Shown piece after piece: positions 10,142 through 18,921 of a DNA stretch of 64,000 nt (positions are counted from its first letter, which is position 1; every line of letters starts with the position of its first letter). A program made the position numbers and the translations under genes. The notes beneath the pieces are model-generated. The model ran no database searches. It saw only the letters and a program-made list of their open reading frames with translations, and was not told the DNA's origin. The DNA lies in contig JAVEXN010000010.1 in assembly GCA_034004015.1 (NCBI GenBank), forward strand, positions 18,041 to 82,040. Reading direction: 5' to 3'. Origin of the DNA: Paludibacter sp. (GTDB lineage: Bacteria; Bacteroidota; Bacteroidia; Bacteroidales; Paludibacteraceae).

Positions 10142-11389
10142 TTATACCGAAATTCTTACAAGTTCAATACGATTGTTGGTCACTTTAATGCATTTAATGC
10201 TGAAGTGATCGATGCGGATAATCTCATTCAGCTTTGGAAAATGCTGGTGATGATGAAGGATGAATCCTGCAATGGTTTCGTAGTCGTCTGATTCGGGAAT
10301 GTCGAGATTGAATTTTTGATTGGCAGCTTTCACCTCCAATCGCCCTGAGAAAAGATATTCATTTTCGGCTGTTTGTTCCGCAGTATAATCGCGCACATCG
10401 TGCTCATCCTCAATTTCTCCGAATATTTCCTCAATAATATCTTCGAGGGTTACAATTCCGGCGGTACCACCAAACTCGTCAACTACCACAGCAATACTTT
10501 TTTTCTGAAGCATAAAGAGTTTCATGAGTTTTTGAGCGGCCATGTTTTCGGGCACAATCGGTATCTGATTGATATATTTGCGCCAATCTTTCTGATGCTC
10601 AAACATCTCGGATGTATGAATATATCCGATAATATTGTCGATGTCGTTTTTGTAGATAGGAATTTTCGACAATCCTGTTTCAATAAAAGTTTGTTTCAGA
10701 ACTTCCACATCGGTATTGTATTCCAATGCAATAATTTCAGTACGCGGCAACGAACAGTCGCGAAGTCGCACTTTCGAGAAATCGAGTGCATTCTGAAATA
10801 TTTTTACCTCGTTTTCAAATTCCTTTTCGCTTTCTTTGTTTTCGAAGCTCTCCTGTATCAGGTAGTTTAAATCGATACGCGAAAATACGTTTTCCTGAGC
10901 AGAGGAGCTGAATCCAATACCGGACAGTTTCATGAGTTTTACCGAAATCCACGTGCTGAAGCTGGAAATAGGGTAGAGGATAATGTAGAAGAACATCAAA
11001 AGCCATGAAAATAGCTTCAACCAAAGATTAGGGTTGACTCTGAAAATGGTTTTCGGAATAAATTCTCCCGTAAAAAGTACTATAATGGTTGCCAGTATAG
11101 TCTGAACAAGCGTTATGAGAAACTGACTCCCCAGGGCTGAAAGCCAGGGTGTAAGCAATTCGGCCATCATAAGTCCGTAGATTACCAGGCAAACATTATT
11201 TCCAACCAGCATAGTGGAAATATATTGCTGAGGATTTCGGTAAAATACTGAAAGTATTGAGGAGGATAGGCTTCGTTGCTTTTTGTCGAGTTCGAAACGA
11301 AGTTTGTTTGACGACACAAATGCAATCTCCATACCGGAAAAGAAGGCGGAGAATACCAGTGTCCAAAGTATTAAGGGGATGTTTTCCAA
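10142..11389 (-). CDS. CNNM/hemolysin-family protein (DUF21 - CBS pair - CorC_HlyC)
   Basis: N-terminal TM domain, CBS-pair region and a C-terminal CorC/HlyC-like domain. The start codon at 11389 is TTG and no in-frame ATG precedes the first TM helix. Confidence 0.8.
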   Translation of the reverse strand: MENIPLILWTLVFSAFFSGMEIAFVSSNKLRFELDKKQRSLSSSILSVFYRNPQQYISTMLVGNNVCLVIYGLMMAELLTPWLSALGSQFLITLVQTILATIIVLFTGEFIPKTIFRVNPNLWLKLFSWLLMFFYIILYPISSFSTWISVKLMKLSGIGFSSSAQENVFSRIDLNYLIQESFENKESEKEFENEVKIFQNALDFSKVRLRDCSLPRTEIIALEYNTDVEVLKQTFIETGLSKIPIYKNDIDNIIGYIHTSEMFEHQKDWRKYINQIPIVPENMAAQKLMKLFMLQKKSIAVVVDEFGGTAGIVTLEDIIEEIFGEIEDEHDVRDYTAEQTAENEYLFSGRLEVKAANQKFNLDIPESDDYETIAGFILHHHQHFPKLNEIIRIDHFSIKCIKVTNNRIELVRISV

Positions 11390-11420
11390 AACTTTTTATG
11401 AAATAATTAATTTCTGAGTG

Positions 11421-11428
11421 CAAATATA
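11421..11428 (-). promoter_or_regulatory. -7 box TAtaTTTG
   Basis: The plus strand reads caaatata. It lies 32 nt upstream of the 11389 start. Confidence 0.45.
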
Positions 11429-11788
11429 CAATTTCCATGCGGATATTGTTTCTGTTCAGTACCGAAAGCATTATTTTTTTTATTAAAATGAATTGCCTTG
11501 TGCCTAAATGTTAGCTTTACGTTGTTTTATTGCGGAATAACTCTGAACTTTTGGTCGAAATGTTTGTAGTTTGTCGTATGTGGCCTTGGTGTGTTTAAAT
11601 GCAAGATAATTAGCTCTATATGTATTTCTGGCATGAGTTTGCTGTTTGTAAGTGGAAGTGTGATGAAAACTTTTTTTCAATAAATTCAATGAGCTAAATA
11701 TTCAGATTATCAGTATGTAATGTGGTTTTGGAAGTGCCGCTGCCTCTGAAAAATGAGTTGATGGCTTTGAATTTTCGAAAATAGTCCG

Positions 11789-11796
11789 TATCTTTG
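11789..11796 (+). promoter_or_regulatory. -7 box TAtcTTTG for the tRNA-Lys pair
   Basis: Exact TAnnTTTG 20 nt before the first tRNA, with a TTTG about 20 nt further upstream (11766-11769). Confidence 0.55.
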
Positions 11797-11815
11797 CAAC
11801 CGCTTTTCGAAAAAA

Positions 11816-11888
11816 GATTCAGTAGCTCAGCTGGTAGAGCACATCCCTTTTAAGGATGGGGTCCTGGGTTCGAACCCCAGCTGAATCA
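11816..11888 (+). tRNA. tRNA-Lys (anticodon UUU)
   Basis: Cloverleaf read by eye: acceptor GATTCAG/CTGAATC, anticodon loop CTTTTAA, T-arm GGGTTCGAACCCC. No encoded CCA. Confidence 0.95.
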
Positions 11889-11918
11889 CTTAAATCGAAA
11901 GCGGCATACAAAGTTGTT

Positions 11919-11991
11919 GATTCAGTAGCTCAGCTGGTAGAGCACATCCCTTTTAAGGATGGGGTCCTGGGTTCGAACCCCAGCTGAATCA
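11919..11991 (+). tRNA. tRNA-Lys (anticodon UUU), identical second copy
   Basis: 73/73 identical to 11816..11888, separated by a 30-nt spacer. Confidence 0.95.
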
Positions 11992-11997
11992 CGAAAA

Positions 11998-12030
11998 AGA
12001 GGATATTTCATGCGAAATATCCTCTTTTGT
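11998..12030 (+). terminator. rho-independent terminator after the tRNA pair
   Basis: agaggatatttc-atgc-gaaatatcctct followed by ttttgttttg. Confidence 0.8.
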
Positions 12031-12047
12031 TTTGTGTCCGTGACTCC

Positions 12048-12607
12048 TTATTTCAGGCGTAGCCCAACAGTGAGATTTACCATGCCTCCATTGCTGATAA
12101 AATATTCCAATTGTTCAGAGCCCGATTGATCGTTGTTTTTGAAAGTATAACGAATGTCGGTAGTGATAAAGCCCAGAATGTTACCGCCAATACCTGCTTC
12201 CCACCGCCATGTGCCGTCGGTTGTTCCGGAAATTTCTTTGGTATAGGTAGGGCCTGTACTCAGGTGGCAGCTGATAAGTCCGAGGTCGAGTAATTTATAG
12301 CCAATCATGAGTGGAGCCTTGAAGAAATTGATGGCGCTGGAGTTGCTGCTGTCGGGCTCTCGCATTTTGTAAGTGGCAAAATAAGCTTCGGGCTGAAAAT
12401 ATAGTTTCCTGCCAAATTGCAAAAAGCCTCCAATTTGATAGTTGGTTTCGAGTTGACTGCTGATCTGATCTAAATTGCGGGTCGATGTACTTAGGTCGAG
12501 GCCTATTTTCGGACCATACCAAACGTTTTTTCGCTCTTTTGAGCCAGCATGCTGTTCGATATAATGAGGGTTGAAATTATGATCAGTATTATTGTTTTGG
12601 TTTTCAT
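12048..12607 (-). pseudogene. small outer-membrane beta-barrel (porin-family) gene interrupted by a -1 frameshift in an A6 run
   Basis: The ATG at 12607 encodes the signal peptide MKTKTIILIIISTLIISNSMLA and hits TAG at 12503-12505. The barrel body (…KNVWYGPKIGLDLS… to 12048) is in another frame. One extra A in the run at 12526-12531 joins them. Confidence 0.75.
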
Positions 12608-12624
12608 GTGTTTGTTTTTTTTGT

Positions 12625-13935
12625 TTATAACATAGATGTTTCAGAATACTCAATTTTGTAAACCATTACACTGTTGCCGCCTCCTCCTGATTTTCCCTGC
12701 GAAGTCACAATGAGTGTTTTTCCGTCGCTGCTAATGTCCAACCCAACAGGATAGCTGTCGGCCGGGCACTGAGCTACTACTTTCATATCGCTGGTACGCA
12801 CTACCGATATTGTGCTTTTGTTGTTTGCAGCAGCGAAAATGTACTTGCCTGAAGGGTCGGCTACAATGGTCCGGGCGCCTTCGCCTACAAATACGCTTTG
12901 CCATTTCGAATAGATCTTATTCCTTTTTCCGTGTTCGTTGAATAGCAGAAGATCTTTCAGATTGGCTTTTTGTACATATCCGGTTTTGTTGATACTCAGG
13001 TACAAATTGCCTTTGCTGATAATCAAATGTCGCATGTTGTTCCTCATTCCAAAAATCGAGCCAATGTGTTTTTGAGTCTCTACATCGACTACAGCCACAC
13101 TGTTACTTCCCATTTTGCCTACAAGTACATATTTGTTGTCGGGCGTAAAAACTGTCCCGCGCAGGCAATTGCCGCAATTATTGTCACGATCGATGGTGTC
13201 GTTCTCAGCAAAACTGAGCGATAGTCTGCGGTCGATAGCTATGTTTTTCAGGTATTTGAAATCGGCCGGGTTGTCCGATTGAATATCGATAAGTGCTATG
13301 GTGTTGTCGCCCCAATGCGTTACAGCAATGGTGCGGTTGTCGGGCGAACATGAAATCATTTTGGGGAGTGGAGCAGTGGGCATTACCCGTACAATGGTGT
13401 CGGCTTCGGTGTCGATAATGCAAACAGCCGATGGGTCGATTGCATTGAGATCGTAAGTGCGTCGGTAGTAAGTCACCCAAAGATATTTCCCGTTGTGCGA
13501 AAAACAGCTTTCCACTGGTTTGCCGCTGAAATAATTCAGATTTTTATCTTTTGTGCGATATTTATAATCGAAATAATCGGTTTCGCTGAACAGGTATTGG
13601 TTTGATGCATTAAATACGTGAGGAATGGATTTTATTAGTTTAAAGTCGGACAGGCGATATACTGAGGTTCGGCAGCCCTCAAGTGAATGCACGTAAAATT
13701 TGTCGCTCTGGTCGAGAATGTTGACTGACTTTGGAGAGTTGATGGTAGTGTCGAATTTATCGTTTGTATGCGTAGCTTTCTGATTGTATTGCTGAAAACG
13801 TTGTACCAGTTTTAGTCTTATTTCGGCATTTGCCGGGGTGGAAGCGGTGTTTATTTCAATACGTTGTACCTGAGCAGTTGTAAGCAGGTTGATGCTAAAT
13901 AGCAGACTACTTAGCAAAAGGATTTTTATTTTCAT
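12625..13935 (-). CDS. secreted beta-propeller repeat protein (YVTN/YncE-like)
   Basis: Signal peptide plus repeated motifs of the type SPDN..IAVTHWGDN, TPDNKYVLVGKMGSNSVAVVD, DPSGKYIFAAANN.STISVV and SSDGKTLIVTSQG. Confidence 0.7.
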   Translation of the reverse strand: MKIKILLLSSLLFSINLLTTAQVQRIEINTASTPANAEIRLKLVQRFQQYNQKATHTNDKFDTTINSPKSVNILDQSDKFYVHSLEGCRTSVYRLSDFKLIKSIPHVFNASNQYLFSETDYFDYKYRTKDKNLNYFSGKPVESCFSHNGKYLWVTYYRRTYDLNAIDPSAVCIIDTEADTIVRVMPTAPLPKMISCSPDNRTIAVTHWGDNTIALIDIQSDNPADFKYLKNIAIDRRLSLSFAENDTIDRDNNCGNCLRGTVFTPDNKYVLVGKMGSNSVAVVDVETQKHIGSIFGMRNNMRHLIISKGNLYLSINKTGYVQKANLKDLLLFNEHGKRNKIYSKWQSVFVGEGARTIVADPSGKYIFAAANNKSTISVVRTSDMKVVAQCPADSYPVGLDISSDGKTLIVTSQGKSGGGGNSVMVYKIEYSETSML

Positions 13936-13965
13936 TTGTATGAATCAATATGGTTTATTATTTTA

Positions 13966-13973
13966 CAAAGGTA
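13966..13973 (-). promoter_or_regulatory. -7 box TAccTTTG
   Basis: The plus strand reads caaaggta. It lies 31 nt upstream of the ATG at 13935. Confidence 0.5.
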
Positions 13974-13996
13974 AAAATAATTCTCAATTTACATGA

Positions 13997-14015
13997 TGTA
14001 AACAGATTGTTTACA
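13997..14015. promoter_or_regulatory. perfect 8-3-8 palindrome TGTAAACA-gat-TGTTTACA (candidate operator)
   Basis: Read directly. It sits 24-42 nt upstream of the -7 box, over the expected -33 region. Confidence 0.35.
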
Positions 14016-14040
14016 GATGTTTAATGTTTTTAATAATGGA

Positions 14041-14079
14041 AAAAAGTAACTCCGGAAATTCAATCTGATTTCCGGAGTT
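14041..14079 (-). terminator. rho-independent terminator of 14105..14641
   Basis: aactccggaaat-tcaatctg-atttccggagtt is a 12-bp stem. The T-run occurs on the minus strand only (acttttt). Confidence 0.75.
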
Positions 14080-14104
14080 GTTTGTGTATAAAAAAAAGTG
14101 TGTA

Positions 14105-14641
14105 TTAAATAGAAGTTTCCTTGTTGCTGTCGGTTTTCCTGTCGATAAATGATGTGATTATTCGGGAGTTCGTGATCAGGATATAGCCCAGGATGGTTTT
14201 TACAAAGTAGAAGATGATCCAACCGGCCGACTGTTGTTCATTCATGATGTTTTTAAACTGAAAGAAGGTAAATATCTGCTTGCAAAGTTCGGGAAGACTG
14301 TCAATGATAAGCATGGCACCGCATACGATGATGACTATGTTTAAAATGTGGTTTAGTTGAAAACCTAAATCGACTTTGTCTTCGGGAAATCCTTCTTCTA
14401 AATGCAGCACTTTTATCAACCATGCTGTTTTGAATACAAACAGCCAAAGAATGAAAAAATATATAGCTAATGTGGCAAGGACAGTCACAGATGTGAGCAG
14501 GGCTATATTCGTTATTTCTGTTCCGTATACCTGCATCGACGATAGTGTGGTTATGGAATGTAGAATAATGTTTATACCTTTTAAGACCAGACTAATTCCG
14601 ATAATTTTCAATACGATTAGCCAAAATGTTCTGATGTTCAT
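14105..14641 (-). CDS. hypothetical integral membrane protein (about 4-5 TM helices)
   Basis: ATG start, a 178-aa hydrophobic ORF, with its own -7 box and terminator. Confidence 0.65.
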   Translation of the reverse strand: MNIRTFWLIVLKIIGISLVLKGINIILHSITTLSSMQVYGTEITNIALLTSVTVLATLAIYFFILWLFVFKTAWLIKVLHLEEGFPEDKVDLGFQLNHILNIVIIVCGAMLIIDSLPELCKQIFTFFQFKNIMNEQQSAGWIIFYFVKTILGYILITNSRIITSFIDRKTDSNKETSI

Positions 14642-14672
14642 GTTTGTATAGATTTTTAGGGTTTGTATGGCA

Positions 14673-14680
14673 CAAAAGTA
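14673..14680 (-). promoter_or_regulatory. -7 box TActTTTG
   Basis: The plus strand reads caaaagta. It lies 32 nt upstream of the ATG at 14641. Confidence 0.5.
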
Positions 14681-14924
14681 CGAAATTATTTCACAGTTAA
14701 CGGTATTTTAGTATTCGTGCCTCTTTTATCTGGATGTAATTGTATGATTACAATCAGGGTTGTCTGGTTGAAATTTCGAAAAAGAAGGAATTTGAGATAT
14801 CTTACTCTGTTCGGGCTGACAATCATTATAAATTATTGTCATTCAGATCGGCTAGGGCGGAGAAGAATGCAATTTGTTTGCCGTAAAGCGCTGAATTACA
14901 ATAAAATGTGAGTTGTGGTAGGTC

Positions 14925-14977
14925 TATAAAAAACTCCGGAGCTTAATGTGAATTAAACTCCGGAGTTAGTTTTTTTG
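14925..14977. terminator. terminator at the end of the dcw/yqeY transcription unit (bidirectional shape)
   Basis: aactccggagcttaa / ttaaactccggagtt forms a 15-bp stem with 1 mismatch. There are A-runs upstream and T-runs downstream. It lies 18 nt after the stop at 14995. Confidence 0.75.
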
Positions 14978-14994
14978 CAAGCGGGCAAATTGAC

Positions 14995-15450
14995 TTATTT
15001 ATTCAACAATGCTTTTACTTTTTCTGAAATAAGTCTTCCTTCGGTTTTACCGGCAAGCTGTTTGGTGGCTACGCCCATTACTTTGCCCATGTCCTGTGGT
15101 CCATTGGCACCAACCTGAGCAACAATAGCGGCTATTGTAGCTTCGAGTTCAGCATCGCTCATTTGAGCGGGTAGGTAGCGTTCGATTACAGCAGCTTCGG
15201 CCATTTCGTTTTCTGCCAGTTCAGGACGGTTTTGCTCTTTGTATATTTGAGCCGATTCTTTGCGCTGTTTCTGCATTTTTTGCAGTATTTTAATGGCAGC
15301 TTCGTCACTCAGGTTACCATCGCTACCTTTGGCAGTTTTGGCTTCGATAAATTCTTTTTTTATTCCGCGCAATGCTTCCAGCGTCACTTTTTCGCGTGCA
15401 AGCATGGCTGTTTTTATATCGGCGCTAATCTGATCGAATAGTTCATTCAT
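14995..15450 (-). CDS. GatB/YqeY domain-containing protein
   Basis: 151 aa with YqeY-like sequence (…TAMLAREK..LEALRGIK…ERYLP…). Confidence 0.85.
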   Translation of the reverse strand: MNELFDQISADIKTAMLAREKVTLEALRGIKKEFIEAKTAKGSDGNLSDEAAIKILQKMQKQRKESAQIYKEQNRPELAENEMAEAAVIERYLPAQMSDAELEATIAAIVAQVGANGPQDMGKVMGVATKQLAGKTEGRLISEKVKALLNK

Positions 15451-15470
15451 AATGCTTCGTGTTTTAAAGA

Positions 15471-16784
15471 TTACTTTTTAAATTTACGCATCCACGCAGG
15501 GATGTTTTCCAGTTTTTTCAGTTCGTTGTCGTCTTCCAGATCGTCGAGCGAAATTACCGGCAGGTCATCTTCCTCATCGAGAGGTAGTTGTGGTTCCATT
15601 ACTTCCGGCTGTTTTTTGCCGTAATATTGGTTCATGGCTTTTTTTATCTCGTCTTCTTCCTCATGCTTTTCTTCGGTCTCAACTTTTTCAGGAGCAAGGT
15701 TTTGCATGGCCGATGCTACATCCTGAATGACATTGTTTTTGGGTTGAGGAGCAGGAGTGTTTTTTGCATTGTTTTTGATTGCAGAAGTTGGCATTCCGGG
15801 AATGTCGCTTACATCGTACCCTGTGGCTATGATGGTGATTTTCACGCTGTCGCCAAGGCTGTCGTCGAAGGTTGCACCCCAAATTACCTGCACATTGTCG
15901 CCCACTTTGTTCATGAAATCGTGAATTTGCTGTACCTCTTCCATTTTTATCTGGTTGGTGGTAGAGCAATACAGACTCAGCAATACTTTGCTGGCGCCGC
16001 TTACATCGTTGGTGTTGAGCAATGGCGAGTTGAGCGCGTCGTCGATGGCTTTGGTGATACGTTTGTCGCCCGAAGCAAATCCTGTGTTCATAATGGCTAC
16101 ATTTCCGTCCTTCATAATGCTGTATACATCAGCGAAGTCGGTGTTGATATAGCCGGGAACTGTAATGATTTCGGCGATTCCTTTCGCCGCATTGGTAAGC
16201 ACATCGTCGGCTTTGGCAAATGCGTTCGCAAGTTCAAGATCGGGATAAATTTCTTTGAGTTTTTCGTTGTTTATGACCAAAATGGCGTCGACATGTTCGC
16301 TGAGAGCAGCTACACCTTCGAGCGCCTGTTTGATTTTCAGTTTTCCCTCGAAAGCAAATGGAATAGTCACAATGCCCACAGTAAGTATGCCCAGGTCGTG
16401 TGCAGCTTTGGCTACCACGGGCGAAGCACCTGTGCCTGTACCGCCACCCATTCCGGCAGTGATGAACACCATTTTTGTATTGTCCTGAAGAATAGCCTGA
16501 ATTTTTTCAATGGATTCTTCGGCAGCTTCACGTGCTACTGAAGGATTTCCACCCGCACCAAGCCCGGCAGTGGTGTCGATTCCTAACTGTATTTTTGTGG
16601 GTACAGGCGATTTTATAAGTGCCTGATTGTCGGTATTGCAAACAACAAACGACACATCGGTAATTCCCTGGCGATACATATGGTTCACGGCGTTTCCGCC
16701 ACCGCCTCCCACACCAATTACTTTAATGATTGAGGTGTCGACCAGCGGAAGTTCGAGTGGCAAACTGTCTTCTAAATATCCCAT
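15471..16784 (-). CDS. ftsZ: cell division GTPase FtsZ
   Basis: Tubulin signature GGGTGTGA, a long acidic linker, and the C-terminal peptide ...IPAWMRKF. Confidence 0.97.
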   Translation of the reverse strand: MGYLEDSLPLELPLVDTSIIKVIGVGGGGGNAVNHMYRQGITDVSFVVCNTDNQALIKSPVPTKIQLGIDTTAGLGAGGNPSVAREAAEESIEKIQAILQDNTKMVFITAGMGGGTGTGASPVVAKAAHDLGILTVGIVTIPFAFEGKLKIKQALEGVAALSEHVDAILVINNEKLKEIYPDLELANAFAKADDVLTNAAKGIAEIITVPGYINTDFADVYSIMKDGNVAIMNTGFASGDKRITKAIDDALNSPLLNTNDVSGASKVLLSLYCSTTNQIKMEEVQQIHDFMNKVGDNVQVIWGATFDDSLGDSVKITIIATGYDVSDIPGMPTSAIKNNAKNTPAPQPKNNVIQDVASAMQNLAPEKVETEEKHEEEDEIKKAMNQYYGKKQPEVMEPQLPLDEEDDLPVISLDDLEDDNELKKLENIPAWMRKFKK

Positions 16785-16837
16785 ATTGATTTATATCTTG
16801 ATTTAAATTTGATTAAAAAATAATGTATTCGAAAGCT

Positions 16838-18103
16838 TCAATTCATGTCATTGTCGTCGCCAAAAAAATTGAAAAGACTTTTTGTAATCCTTTCTTTGAT
16901 GCCTTTTTTGGGGATTTTGGGTTCTTTTATTTTCTTTTTCTTTTCTTCTTCCTTGGGGTGAAGTTTCCGATACTCGTCGTTAAGCAGAATTGTTCCTGCA
17001 AGTTGCGCGAGGATAGGATCGAGAAAAGTCGGGTTGCTGGTGTCAGTAAGCCAATCGGTATGATGACCTTCGCGGGCATAAGTACCGGTTCGCTCATTGA
17101 TATACTCAATAATATTTTTCATGCGTGTACCACCACCGGTGATAATAATGCCACCTTCAAGTTTCTCAGGGTAACTTTTGATAGCGCTGAACAGTGGCTG
17201 TGTTATTTCATCGAGTCGGGCTTCGATAATGGTCGCTAAAAACTCGGTGGAAATTTTCACAGGTTTTGTATCGGGTATTACCGATGGAATTTGTATAAAT
17301 ACAGGATTGTCGACCATGCTTACGAGTGCCGATCCGCGGAGGCATTTAATTTTTTCGGCATGTTCTTCCGAAATGCCCAGTTCCATAATGTCGCGGGTTA
17401 TGCTTTTGCCTCCCAGTGGCGATACAATTAGTTTTCGCAAAGAACCTTCGCGATAAATGCCCAAAGTGGTTGTAGAAGCTCCAAAGTTTATCAAAGCGCA
17501 GCCCGATTCGCGTTCTTCTTCTTCGAGTACAGCTGTCGAAAGTGCTTCGATGGCTGTGACTGTGTGCTCTACTTTGAGACCGGTGCGGTCGAAACAGCGT
17601 TCGATGCCATTCTCAATCAGAGCACTTCCGTAAATAACCGTATATTTTCCACTGATCTGAGTTCCTTTCTGGCCCACAGGATCATCGTGCTTTTCGCCAT
17701 CGAGTTCGTACGAAACAGGAATTACATCGTACACAGCTATATTTTCGCCTTTTACTTTGTTCCCGGCTTCTTCGTGCATTTCGCCAAGTAATTGTTCCGA
17801 TACAATTTTGCTGGCGTCCACAAAGCGGTTTACGGTTACGGCATGACTTTTCATGCTTCGTCCGTTTACCGAGACAGCTATCTGCTCAATATCCTCCACT
17901 ATTCTGGCACTGTTCTGAGCGAGTTTTACTACTTCGTTTACCTTGAATGCGGCACCGGAAACCTGCTCTACAATTCCGTGTTTTACATCGTCTGCGGCTT
18001 TTGATTCTACAGCCAGAATTTTCAGCGCACCATCATTTTGCACCTCTGCTATCATGGCTGAGATTCGTGAACTTCCTAAATCAATTGCTACATATTTATT
18101 CAT
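16838..18103 (-). CDS. ftsA: cell division protein FtsA
   Basis: Actin-like ATPase sequence (IDLGSS…, …GGGT…), a basic/amphipathic C-terminus, and a position between ftsQ and ftsZ. Confidence 0.93.
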   Translation of the reverse strand: MNKYVAIDLGSSRISAMIAEVQNDGALKILAVESKAADDVKHGIVEQVSGAAFKVNEVVKLAQNSARIVEDIEQIAVSVNGRSMKSHAVTVNRFVDASKIVSEQLLGEMHEEAGNKVKGENIAVYDVIPVSYELDGEKHDDPVGQKGTQISGKYTVIYGSALIENGIERCFDRTGLKVEHTVTAIEALSTAVLEEEERESGCALINFGASTTTLGIYREGSLRKLIVSPLGGKSITRDIMELGISEEHAEKIKCLRGSALVSMVDNPVFIQIPSVIPDTKPVKISTEFLATIIEARLDEITQPLFSAIKSYPEKLEGGIIITGGGTRMKNIIEYINERTGTYAREGHHTDWLTDTSNPTFLDPILAQLAGTILLNDEYRKLHPKEEEKKKKIKEPKIPKKGIKERITKSLFNFFGDDNDMN

Positions 18104-18105
18104 TC

Positions 18106-18921
18106 TTATAATGCTTTTACAACAGTAGTGTCGTTTTGTTGTTCTATCTGTTTCACGATATGTGGTTTCGCGGTATTACGTGTGCAAACTATCTGATTTT
18201 TGTATTGTAAATCAATGGTTGAGTAATGGTTCCAGCCCATTACATTGAATCCTTTTTGATATAAGTGATACAGATTGTCGAGTTTTTCTGCATAATTATC
18301 GAGTTTGCCCAGTATTATCACGGCATCGCCAACGCGGGGTATCAGCTCAATTTTCTGATCTTCGCGAACATAAATCTGTTCTATTTGCGCATCCCAGAAT
18401 TCGTTTGTGGCTATGTAGTTTACAAAGTCGAATAAATGCTCTGTCACAAAACTTTTTGTAACTCGTCCTGATACCACAGGTACATACACCGCATTGTTAA
18501 GCGAAACCGGGAATATTTTCTTATCGGCATCGACATAAAAATTTTCGGTACCCGAAATGATAAAGCGCGGAATGCGCTGCTCTACATTCAGATATATAAT
18601 TCCGGAGGGTGTTTTGTAACACTCAGCCGATTTAATCATCGGATTGCGCAAAAGTTCCTTTTCTATCGATTCAGTTCTGATGCGTTTGTAAGTTTTACCA
18701 ATGGGATTCAGATTTTTGCCTGCCAGTAAACCCGCAATTTCAGATTGCGAAATTAGTTGAATTTTTTCTTTATCCAATAAATTTATTTCTAAATTTCTGC
18801 AAACAACTCCTCTGTCGATGGTTGAAAATGACCATATCGCGAATATAACATATCCCATCACAAGTATAATACCTGCAATGATAAATGACAATGCGATTCC
18901 GGAGACTTTCTTTTTGTTCAT
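18106..18921 (-). CDS. ftsQ: cell division protein FtsQ
   Basis: Single N-terminal TM helix plus a POTRA-like region. Its ATG overlaps the murC stop (TAATG). Confidence 0.8.
   Translation of the reverse strand: MNKKKVSGIALSFIIAGIILVMGYVIFAIWSFSTIDRGVVCRNLEINLLDKEKIQLISQSEIAGLLAGKNLNPIGKTYKRIRTESIEKELLRNPMIKSAECYKTPSGIIYLNVEQRIPRFIISGTENFYVDADKKIFPVSLNNAVYVPVVSGRVTKSFVTEHLFDFVNYIATNEFWDAQIEQIYVREDQKIELIPRVGDAVIILGKLDNYAEKLDNLYHLYQKGFNVMGWNHYSTIDLQYKNQIVCTRNTAKPHIVKQIEQQNDTTVVKAL

Noticed and set aside
14663-14911. An 82-aa plus-strand ORF in the 353-nt spacer between the membrane protein gene and the dcw-end terminator. A similar 61-aa ORF lies at 11504-11689.
   Set aside because: The peptides are basic, Cys/Arg-rich and implausible, with no promoter motif in the right place and no recognisable domain. 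I treat them as non-coding spacer, though a small RNA cannot be excluded.
15588-16541. Long antisense ORFs opposite well-supported genes: 317 aa opposite ftsZ, and also 48551-49375, 62044-62862, 57230-57970, 46226-46840, 31398-32060, 32838-33515 and 21961-22566.
   Set aside because: Each lies entirely within a confidently identified gene on the other strand. Their translations are low-complexity or Cys/His/Phe/Arg-rich with no recognisable motifs, and they have no promoter or terminator of their own. They are typical shadow ORFs.
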